This document shows, piece by piece, positions 31,459-45,424 of a stretch of DNA of 64,000 bases (its first letter is position 1; each line of letters opens with the position of its first letter). The notes beneath the pieces were generated by a model, which saw only the letters and a list, made by a program, of their open reading frames with translations, made no database searches and was not told the DNA's origin. The translations under genes were made by a program, and so were the position numbers. The stretch is from assembly GCF_009914755.1 (NCBI RefSeq), contig NC_060939.1, one strand, 5' to 3'. Source of the DNA: the human T2T-CHM13v2.0 reference genome, Homo sapiens.

Positions 31459-34400
31459 ATTCCCTCCTCTTGATTTTGTATTTTTCTTTAAACCTTTTTT
31501 TTGTTTAAACGTGTTTTGGCTTAATTGTTTTGCTTGAGTTTTTAAAAGAAAAGGTTTTTATGGCTGATGAAATGTGAGGGCAACAGGGATAGCCAATCGA
31601 ACTAGAGAGCAAGTACTGCTTTAATTATTTGGCAGAGTGCCCAGCAAAGGTCCTTTATAATACCACCATACATCTGCTTGGGGATGAATAAGGGTGGACT
31701 GATGGGTCAGCTTTTGGAAGTGCCTGACCTTACTGCATCCTGTTAAGTCTCCAAGGAATGCCAAATTTTCCCCTTGTCATTGGAGACATGAGATAAAATT
31801 GGTCTTGGAAGATGGAGGCTGAATGGCCCTTGGGGTACTGCACTTTAGGAAACAGCAGAGAGAGTTTGGCACAGTTTACTATCCTAGGCTGTAGGATTTT
31901 GAAAAAGAGCTACCATGCAGTCCATGTCCTGTTAATTAGAGGACCATCTGAGTGGAAAGGAGACAACCTGAGCCTCTGGCCTACTGTGTGCACAAGCATA
32001 ATAATGGCTTTTATTTAGAGTGCAGAGGGAAAATTTAACCCATTTTAGCTAGGCATCTACATCCTGATACCCTGTCTTAATTGCTATGGTTTGCCTTAGA
32101 TTTTTTACTTCTACTACAGAGACTTTGGTTTTGACACTATGTTTGGGAGGAGTGATTGATGGAGAGGTTGAAGGAGCAATAAAGCTTATTTTAAAAATTC
32201 CTTTAGGATCCTTTTCTGAAATGTCAGTTCCCATATTATGACTTAATGAAGGGGAGGAGTTTTCAGATGTTGCAATAGTAATAGTAAGCTGTATAGGATT
32301 ACACTGGTTATGTTGACAGCTAGAAAGAGCAACTCTTTTGGTGAAATGGATATATGGTTTTAAGGACAAAGACCTCTGGAAGCAGTCCACCTTAGACTTC
32401 TAGTGTTCTATAGGATATTAGACCAAGCAGAATATAGAGATTTTGTTTTAGAGGGACAAAAGTCCAATTCCTACCAATTAATATAGCTACTATTCTCTGG
32501 ATTATTAGTATCCTTATAGGAATTTATTATGTCTTTCTAAACTAAGGAAGTCCAAGAGGGACAGAGATATTTTTCTGAAGTAGTAAGCTGTGTTTGGTTA
32601 TTTAAATCTTCACAAGGTGTAACTAAACAGGCATCAAAAGTAATAACTTCAGGTGAGTTAGATCTAGTTACATTAATAATAAGATGGGGAATAGTTAAAG
32701 GGAAGAAAAAGAAAAAGATAAAGTTTTCTTAGCCTTAATTTGGTAGGGCTTGACCTTGGAACAATGTCCCATGATTGTGAAGGTGATGACACTTTCTTGA
32801 CTCGGGTATGATGTGTCCATCCTTTTTCTGCTGTGCGAAAGGCAGTCTCGGTGGTTAGCAGCACAAGGTAGGGTCCTTCCCAGGCTGGCTCCAGTTTTTC
32901 TTCTTTCTATCCTTTGATGAGGACGTGGTCCCCAGGCTGGTGTTAGTGTACTGGAAATTCTAGGGGTGGTACCTGTGCTAAAAGACTTTTAGTTCTGAGG
33001 GAAGGGAAAGTGGAAGTATATAATTTCTGAGAAACTGATCTTTTGTTTTAAATGTGGGGACATCAGCAGTGGAATGTAAGTAAGGTAACCCATAGGTATC
33101 TTTTTGACTTTATAGTCCGTAGTGCCTTTTTGCTAAGAAATTTCTTTTTCCTTGTTTTTACTTATGCTGTCTCTGAGGGACCCTTTGGGGCTCCTTATTT
33201 TGTCAGAACTCTGCATATCCTGGGGCTTGAGGCCCCATGGTGACGCCTCCCGCTCCACCCCGGCTCAGTGCTGCCTAGGGGACGCTGCAGCCCCACCACC
33301 TCTTAAGGTCTTGGCCTCCTTCTGGCCCTCACCACTCCCACGCATTGAGGCCTTGGGGATGAGGGGCCTTGTGATTCACCCGGCTACCCTGGACCTTGCT
33401 CCTCCCTGAGACCCCGCCATCTGGCCCCTGGCCTTGGGCTGGGCTGTCTGTCTAATGGTTGCCCGGCCCCCTCCCCCACACAGGAAGTGTCTGTCTGTGG
33501 TTAGGTCCTCCAGCCGGCTCGCACTGCAGCCTCTATAGGAGTGGCTGGAGGTGAAAACTCATTGGCATTAAGCCTGAGCTTAGAGGGCCCCGGCCTGGGT
33601 TCTTTGATGCAGTTGGAACAAGATTTTTTTTTTTTAATAAGGTGTTTGGATAATATTTCTTTTTGGTTTAGCAATATTCATTTTCCTTTTGAATTTTTTT
33701 AGCACCTATTTTTTAATCTTTTAATGTAGGTAAAAATCTATATTCTTATGCCTCCTTATAATTCTTTTACTAAAAGTATATTTTACTTTCTTTACATACT
33801 TTGCACATAAACTGTTTAATAGTTTTATATTCAGGATGGCTAAAAACTTTTAAATTATACAATATTTCTTGCATAAATTCCCTTTTATAACATTTTTTTC
33901 GACTTTCACAATCTTTAACATGCCTCAACTTTTTGACTACCTTTTACACTATTTCTCTCCCGTTTTACCTTCTGTGACTTTCTTTGATCTCTGTCTCTTT
34001 CAGTCTTTCACTTATTCTCTCCCTCTAATTTGGGCTCTTTTTCTGTCATCCCGTTTCCTCTTTCTCTTACACTTAGTCTTCTGGGCTGGGTGGGATCTGC
34101 ATGGCCACAGTCCGGGCCACCGCCGCCGGCCTAGCAGCTAGGCAGATAGACGCCTGCCCCAAGTTGCATGAGTCATGCCCCTTCGCCTCCTTTGCTCTCC
34201 TCCCGGCACCCGTCCCCGCCCTCTTCCACACAGAGCCAGGCTGGGGAGAGGGACCCACCCTCTGGCGCGCCTGGCTGCCTGGCTGCATGGCACAGGCTCC
34301 TGGCCCCGGTGCGCTCATTCTCTCCCACTCGGCTCCAACTTGCAGGTGTCCGTGGCCAGCTAGCCTCTGAGGGTGGCAGGACGCACCCGAGCAGCACGGA

Positions 34401-35139
34401 AGGTGCGGGGCTCGGGGGCCAGCAGCCTGGGTGGCTCTGGCTGGCTCGGCCGGGAGTGAGGAGAGTGTCTCAGCCACCACCGCTCTGCCAGGTGCCAGCG
34501 ATCCACAACAATGTGGAGCCACGTTCGCTGCTCTTGCTTTCTCTGACTTCCTTTCCTAGTTTCTCTTTCTTCTCTGCTGCTCTTTCCCTTGCCTCTTTCT
34601 TCCCCCAAGAAGAGGGGAAAGGGAAGTTTTGAACATTTTTCCTATGACCGGAAGTTTCTGTGAGGTTCAATCTCCCCCTAATGGGGATTTTTCACCTCTT
34701 TTTAACCTCCAAGACACCTCGACTAAGGAATACTTCACCACCCCCCACCCCCACCCCCGCGGCTTTTCTTTCCTTAGTCCTAAGGAATGCTTTACCTTGG
34801 TATGTCCCAACCAAAGAATGCTTCACTGCCCTGTGGCTTCTTTTTCCTTAGTCCTGACCACCAAGGAAGTATTTTACTGGCTCGCCTGGCATTTCCTTTC
34901 TTGGTCTGTGCAGAGTTGCCTGGTCCAGGTGGTATGTGAGGATCTTTTACTCCAGGTCACCAGCCGGTTTCTTTCCACATTGCTGAGAGTCCAGTTTATT
35001 TGTCATAACTGGTGGGTCTCGATTCCTTACCCTGAGGCCGCTACAACAAGGCAGTGGGGCGCCTTCCTCATGAGAGAGGACCAGAGACCCACCCTCCCAC
35101 CCCCGGAGGAGAATGGCTCCCTGTACAGGCCACCGCCAT

Positions 35140-35760
35140 TGTTACAAGTAAAATGTTTATTTAGAAACAGAATGCTTGCTCCTAGGTACTGCAAGGAAAA
35201 ACCAGCATTTAGACAAAAAGTTTTTTCAGCAAGGCAATTTTACTTTCTGCAGAAAGGGTGCTCCTCACAGATGAAACAATGGTGACAGCACACCCGAACA
35301 AAGGAGGGAAGCAGTTTTTATCCCTTATGCAGCTTGTGTCCTGTCTCCATTGGCTGGAGCTGGACCTCACAATTTAAATTAAACCCGACTGGCTAATAAC
35401 TTAAAACTTTCCTATATAGGGAAAGGCAACAGAGAACAAAGGAAAAGAAGAAGTTGCTTGCAAAAAGACTTAGAAAAGTAATAATATTTCCAAATAAGGA
35501 AGGGGCATAGGCTGCCAGCTGGAACGTGCCTGTGAGCATGTCCAGCACAAATATCTTGGCTAAAGTACAAGGACATAGAATATACTTATTCCCTTATATC
35601 TAACAGCTACATAGGATAGGGCTTAACGAAGAGTTATTAGCACAGAGCAGAGAAGGCTTGAAGGAAGTTAGTCTTTAAAAGAAACTATTATTTCTAACAC
35701 TTATGATTTATTCTTTAACAAGAAAGGAAATTTCGAAAAGGAAACTTTTTACTTTCTACA
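35140..35760 (-). repeat. 5' LTR (LTR10-family)
   Basis: Near-identical to 30825-31458 and followed on the minus strand by the PBS-Ile-like sequence. Confidence 0.9.
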
Positions 35761-35942
35761 GGCTGATGAGTGCAGCTAATCCTCATTATTATAAGCATCA
35801 CTATTATCATCACTTGCAAGAGCCATGTGACAATATTTAGATGATTCTGGGTTCTTTTAAAGTGCATACATACTCAGGATTCCTTTGGGAGGATGCAATT
35901 TCACATTTATATGAAAAACTGTCACTACCACAGTCAGCTCTA

Positions 35943-36928
<986 letters not shown>

Positions 36929-37899
36929 CAGTGCTAAATGCATACATGGATTATCTTACTAAATTTTCATAACTCTATAGAGGTAAGTGCTATCATTATT
37001 TTCTCCATCATAGAGGAAGAAAGTGAAGCTCAGAATAACTTGCTCAAGGTCATACAGGCCTGGGCAAACCCAGGGCCTGAATCCAGCAAAGCTCTTAACT
37101 ACCTCAGAACACTGCACAGTTCGAGCCCTGCAATACTACAGTCTATGAATGATTTCGATTTCACTAAGTTAGAAGCTTGAATTTCAACAGAGACATTTTA
37201 GCTAAAAGGTAAAATTTTAAAAAGGATGAATTAAGAGAATTTCCCACAGACATCTTTATAATAAAATGAGGGGAAAAGCCTCCCATGTCCTATTTATGAA
37301 AGTGATATTAAGGTGTGGGTCACAATTTCATCAAGAAGTGGCTTATGACAATACAGCTTTGGTTTAGGTATTAAAATAGGACTCTTTTCTGCCCATAGGA
37401 GGACATGGAAATGAAGGATAGATGTGATAAATGTCAATTCAGAGCTCTGCAAAATGCCAGACTCAATTCTTGTTTTAAAATATCAGAGCCAGGGCTCTTG
37501 TTTCACCCTTGATTCTTCACACAAAACACCACCATCCTCTGACCTCTTCACACAGAGCAAGCTTTACCCCACTACCTAAAGGGGAGTGATCCACATGGTC
37601 TCCCCATCCACGCTAGAAATTGATCCCAAACACCAACCGCTGCATAGACGTCGGCGACTTTGGTCTGCACCCCCCGAACTTGGTGATACCTCATCAAGCC
37701 AAACCCCTCCCCAACATCCAAAATGCCCAGACCAGCATCCGAAAGCTGGTCTCCTATACAAAGCAGAATCCCTGCCTACAAAGCAGTTTCCCACCTCCGA
37801 CTCCTCCCCACGGCGAACAGCCCTTCTGGATCCAACCAACCCACCAACCCCAATAGGGCCCAGCACCCAGAGGGTCCACAATCCAGAGAAGGAGCTACA

Positions 37900-39200
37900 A
37901 GCCCTGTACTTGCAAGCCTCGAACCCCCAACTCCAACTGACCTCCCCTCTGCCAGAGCAAGACCACGAGTACCCGCCGAGAGCGGACCTGGCTGGCTACA
38001 CAAAGCCAGGCGCCCGACCAGAGGGATCCTCCGGGACGTCCTCCGCCACCGGGGCGTCCCCGCCCAGCCCCGCCCGGCGCCCGGCGCTCACCAGCTCTCC
38101 TCCCCCTCCTCCTAGCCTGACAGACGCTCCAGGTCGTCTAGCAAGCCGCCCTCCCCCGCCGCCAGCAAGAAGGTGGCGTCTCGCAGCTCCTCGTTATTCG
38201 TCCGCCTTGGGTCCATCCGGCCCCGCCGCCCGACTTTGCGCTGAGACCCAAGGGGAAGCCCCGAGGGGACCCCGCGCCGTAGGAGGGAGTGGAGGAGCCG
38301 GCGAACCGCGATGGAGCCGGGGCCCAGCACAGCGCGAGCGGCTCCTCGGCTGTTCGTGCTGCTTCCCCAGCTTCTTCACCGGCACCTGCAGCTTCCGCAC
38401 CTCCTGGTCCGCGTTCACGTTAGAGTTAACGTCCTCCATCCCGGCCCCGCTGCCTCCGCCGCCCGCGGCCCTCTCGCTCTCGCAGCAACAAGGGAAGAGC
38501 CGGAGGAAAGAGGCGTCCACGCCGCTCACTCCAGCCGAGGCCCCCGCATATAGCAGGGCCAGGCCCCGTCGCCAGGGTTCCCCCAGCGCGGGTCCCGAAG
38601 CACCGCTGGCCACAGATGAACCGCCTCCTCAGCGCAGGTCCGGGATTCGGGGAGGCAGCGCCAATATCCGGTCTCTGCAGCCATCTTCCCTCCGTCCCTC
38701 CGCCCACCGAGGGTCGGCCCTGTAGGTGACCTCAGAGCGTCGGGGATGGGCGTGGCCCCGTCGGGCGCTAAGAAGACCTAGCGCAGAGAGGACCGCCGAG
38801 CTCCCGACGGGGCGGGGCCAGGTGTGTGAGGGGCGGGGATTGGACCCGGAGGGGCGTGTCTGGACTGCCGGCGGAAGTGGAACGCGGCCTGACCTGCGAC
38901 GGAAAGCCACTGCAAGCCCGGAGGCGAACAGAAGGCATTCCGCGAGCCGGGCTGAGTTGGTGAACACGGTCCTCGTTCACCCCGCCTATTGGTCTGGGCG
39001 TGTGGGGTATTCTCCACCCACTTATACGGCGTGTGGGACCGACGGGCCCGTCCTGCCCGGCTCCGGTCCGGATCTCGAGTAGGCGCTCAATGGGATTCGG
39101 GGAGACGTAGTTTACTTTGTTCAGCAAATATTTAACCGATGCCTATTTTAATGGGAGATTGTTTCCGCTGGCGGGAGCCTCAGAGACCGCCTGTGTCCTT
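37900..39200. promoter_or_regulatory. CpG island, bidirectional promoter of ST20 / ST20-MTHFS / ST20-AS1
   Basis: High CpG density; GC boxes (ggggcggggcc near 38808, ggggcgggg near 38830); ETS motif GGCGGAAGTG near 38870. Confidence 0.88.
38092..38439 (-). pseudogene. Decayed copy of SLAIN2 exon 1 coding sequence, serving as the ST20 5' exon
   Basis: ATG at 38439: [35 protein letters not shown] (SLAIN2: [35 protein letters not shown]). After frameshifts, [38 protein letters not shown], then TG|gtgagc donor at 38092. Confidence 0.9.
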
Positions 39201-39294
39201 TAAGAAACCCGAATTTCAGACAGTTAAGAGAGGTCTAAGGTCAAAATAATAATCATAATTTCTTCTTACTGGCCAGATACTATGCTAAGCCCTT

Positions 39295-40365
<1,071 letters not shown>

Positions 40366-40877
40366 CAGTGATCCAGTTCTATTACACCTGGGTGTGGACT
40401 CATGCCACGACTGATTTGCTTCTACCCTTTAGCTTTTCTAGTGCCTTAGTTTCCTTGCCTAGAATATCCTGCCTGCCATAGCTGATTCGTTTTCTTAAAA
40501 CCCGTACTCGCTCATTCATTCAGGAAACCTCTTCCTGAAAATTCCACAAAAATCTAATTATTCTTTGTATTCTAGCATTACCCGAGCCATAGTTTTCAAT
40601 AGGTGTTTGCACTTTTTAAAAAATTGCATTATTTTCTAAAAATTATTTTGTTTTTGTCTGTTTACTTGATTTAAAGACACCATTTTTGTTTACCATGTCT
40701 AGTACACTGACACAGTGGATGCTCAATACTTGGTTTGTTGAAAGTTAAGTAGAATGTAAGTTCTTACAGGCCAAAGACCAGGTAGATGTTTATTCATAGC
40801 AAAAAAAGTATTGTGTTAAAAGTTTGCTGGCTAACTGTAAGTCGAGTATTTTCCTAACTATACAGACCTAGTCAAAG

Positions 40878-42177
40878 TGAGAGGTGACAGCGTGCTGGCA
40901 GTCCTCACAGCCCTCGCTCGCTCTGGGCGCCTCCTCTGCCTGGGCTCCCACTTTGGCCAGCTTGAGGAGCCCTTCAGCCTACCGCTGCACTGTGGGAGCC
41001 CCTTTCTGGGCTGGCCAAGGCCAGAGCCGGCTCCCTCAGCTTGCGGGGAGGTGTGGAGGGGGAGGCGTGAGCAGGAACCAGGGCTGCGCGCAGTGCTTGC
41101 GGGCCAGCGCGAGTTCCGGGTGGGTGTGGGCTCGGCGGGCCCCGCACTCGGAGCGCACGGCCAGCCCTGCCGGCCGGGCAATGAGGGGCTTAGCACCCAG
41201 GCCAGCGGCTGCAGAGGGTGTGCTGAGTCCCCCAGTAGTGCCGGCCCACCGGCGCTGCGCTCCATTTCTTGCCGGGCCTTAGGTGCCTCCCCGCGGGGCA
41301 GGGCTCGGGACCTGCAGCCGGCTATGGCTGAGCCTCCCCGACGAGCACCGACCCCTGCTCCACGGCGCCCAGTCCCATCGACCACCCAAGGGCTGAGGAG
41401 TGCAGGCGCACGGCGCGGGACTGGCAGGCAGCTCCACTTGCAGCCCCGGTGCAGGATCCACTGGGTGAAGCCAGCTGGGCTCCTGAGTCTGGCGGGGGCT
41501 TGGAGAACCTTTATGTCTAGCTAAGGGATTGTAAACACACCAATCGGCACTCTGTATCTAGCTCAAGGTTTGTAAACACACCAATCAGCACTCTGTGTCT
41601 AGCTCAGGGTTTGTGAATGCACCAATCCACACTCTGTATCTAGCTACTCTGGTGGGGACTTGGAGAACCTTTGTGTGGACACTCTGTATCTAGCTAATCT
41701 AGTGGGGACGTGGAGAACCTTTGTGTCTAGCTCAGGGATTGTAAACGCACCAATCAGCGCCCTGTCAAAACAGACCACTGGGCTCTCTGTAAAATGGACC
41801 AATCAGAAGGATGTGGGTGGGGCCAGATAAGAGAATAAAAGCAGGCTGCCCCAGCCAACAGTGGCAACCTGCTGGGGTTGCTTTCCAGAGCGTGGAAGCT
41901 TTGTTCTTTTGCTCTTTGCAATAAATCTTGCTGCTGCTCACTCTTTGGGTCCACACTGCCTTTATGAGCTGTAACACTCACGGGAAAGGTCTGCAGCTTC
42001 ACTCCTGAGCCAGTGAGACCACGAACCCACCAGAAGGAAGAAACTCCGAACACATCCGGACGTCAGGAGGAACAAACTCCGGACACGCTGCCTTTAAGAA
42101 CTGTAACACTCACCGCTAGGGTCCACGGCTTCATTCTTGAAGTCAGTGAGACCAAGAACCCACCAATTCCAGATACA
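40878..42177 (+). mobile_element. Solo LTR12C (ERV9)
   Basis: TGAGAGGTGACAGCGTGCTGGCAG start; GC-rich U3; CCAATC repeats; end ...ccaattccagataca; TSD AAAG at 40874-40877 and 42178-42181. Confidence 0.95.
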
Positions 42178-42474
42178 AAAGAATGTATTTGTTTGCGAAC
42201 ATAATTGTCAAGTAATATATATTATCTGTATAATGCACATCTAAATATCATTGCTGTTTCGGACCAGTCTGAACATGTTGCCAGAGGGTTGAAAATCATG
42301 ACTACTGGCCGGGCGCGGTGGCTCACGCCTGTCTGTAATCCCAGCACTTCGGGAGGCCGAGGTGGGCGGATCACGAGGTCAGTAGATAGAAACCATCCTG
42401 GCCAACATGGTGAAACCCTGTCTCTACTAAAAATACAGAAATTAGCTGGGCATGGTGGCATGCACCTTTGACTA

Positions 42475-42633
<159 letters not shown>

Positions 42634-43100
42634 CTACTTCATGTATAGAAGTTCTCACTTGCGTTTAATGCTTTGTGAAATAGATTCCAACTAGTCAGTG
42701 TCTGTAAGGAGAACCCTTCCAATATACTCCTTGAAAAGAGTAGTTCACTGGACATAGGAAGTTAGCACTAACGTTTGGGGCAAGGAGAGCTTGTTGTAGT
42801 GTGGAACAATGAATTAAGAATCGTAAAGCCTGATGTCGGGTTCTAGCTGTAGCATAAATGTGCTTGCCCTGATCACTTGTCTCTTAATCTCTGGTCCTTA
42901 ATTTAGAATATGTGAGTTGGAGGATCTCCAATATCTCTTCCAGGACCAAAAAGTAAAGGATTCTGATGAGTCCCCGTGGTTGCAAAACATAAGAGTAAAT
43001 ATACTTAAATATATAAAGTTAATAGTAGATAGATATACTTGGATTTTTTAATTCAGTTGCCTTACTCAATATCTTACCTTTTTCATTTGATAAATATTGA

Positions 43101-43394
<294 letters not shown>

Positions 43395-43424
43395 TAGGAT
43401 GGTCTCGATCTCCTGACCTCGTGA

Positions 43425-43939
<515 letters not shown>

Positions 43940-44552
43940 TGAGCCACTGCGCCCAGCCTACCAAATCCATTCTTTAAGCAAGTCATGCTGGCTCTGCATT
44001 CAAAATATGTCTTATTACTTCCCAGTACCTCCACTGCTGCGACTCTATTCAAGTCGCCATCTTCTCTTGTCTAGATTACAGTGGTACTGTTTTAATGAGC
44101 TATTCCACTTTGCTACTTACAGAATCTTGTGTACACGGCAACCAGATGATCCTTTGTGTAAGTCACATCAGGTCACTCTCCTGCTCAGAATCCTCCAGTT
44201 GCTTCCCAACGTATTTCAGAGTCTTTTCCCTGGCCTATAAGGCTCTGGATACTTGGCAACTTCCGCAAGTATCTCAATAAACCACCCTTCCCCTTCTCAC
44301 TGTATCACACTGGCCTTCCCGATGTTCTTCAAAGAAGCCAAGCATGTTTCTACTTTAGGAACTTTGCACTTGCTTTTCCATCTATTTAGCATCTGTTCTT
44401 CCTCCACATTGTCATGTGACTGACTCCCTCACTTCATTCCGGTCTCTGCTCAAGTATCACCTGAATTCACTATCCTCATTATGATGATTCTCCATAAAAT
44501 AGCATCCCTATCCCCCATCCTCTTAATTGTTTCATTTTTCCTCAGACACATC

Positions 44553-44650
44553 TTTCTTTCCTTCCTTCCTTCCTTCTTTCCTTCCTTCATTCCATCCTTC
44601 TTTCCTTCCTTCCTTCCTTCTTTCCTTCCTTCCTTCTTTCCTTCCTTCCC
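44553..44650. repeat. (TTCC)n-like simple repeat
   Basis: Read directly. Confidence 0.9.
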
Positions 44651-44895
44651 CTTTCCTGCCTGTCTCTTCTCAATAGAATGTGAACTTCATGAGAACGGAG
44701 TTCAGTTACATTCCCAGTGCCTACAACAGTGCCTAGTACATGCTGAGTGCTCAATAAATGTTTTTTGAATGAGTGAATGGATTTAGGTTAAGTGAAGCCT
44801 CCTAAAAGAGAATTTCAGATAATATGGTTATATCTTAAGTCCTTGAAGGGGAAATTTGCAATTATTTTGAATGGCTGACTTTTTTTTTATTTTGA

Positions 44896-45036
<141 letters not shown>

Positions 45037-45186
45037 TGAGTAATTTTTGTATTTTTAATAGAGACAGAGTTTCACCATGTTGGCCAGGCTAGTCTCAAAC
45101 TCCTGATCTCAGGTGATCTGCCTGCCTCGGATTCCCAAAGTGTTGGGATTACAGGAGTGAGCCACTGCGCCCAGCCGAATGGTTGA

Positions 45187-45218
<32 letters not shown>

Positions 45219-45220
45219 GA

Positions 45221-45424
<204 letters not shown>

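Larger units (their letters stand above)
30825..35760 (-). mobile_element. Internally deleted HERV-I-type (ERV1, LTR10-family) provirus
   Basis: Two ~0.62-kb direct LTRs; 4-bp TSD GGCT at 30821-30824 and 35761-35764; polypurine tract at 31459-31470; tRNA-Ile-like PBS near 35118-35135; pol C-terminal (LLTTETAFRTAEKGWTHHTRVKK) and env (VVEVKNLRQTIAIKTGYQD) remnants. Confidence 0.9.

Noticed and set aside
34629-35285. 218-aa plus-strand ORF
   Set aside because: Antisense to the ERV leader and 5' LTR, non-ATG start, no recognisable domain.
38092-38439. Interpretation as a SLAIN2 processed pseudogene or a functional SLAIN paralog
   Set aside because: It retains an intron donor and lacks later exons and poly-A (not processed); it has frameshifts and a stop (not intact).
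40858-41524. 175-215 aa ORFs
   Set aside because: Entirely within the GC-rich U3 of LTR12C; typical spurious ORFs.
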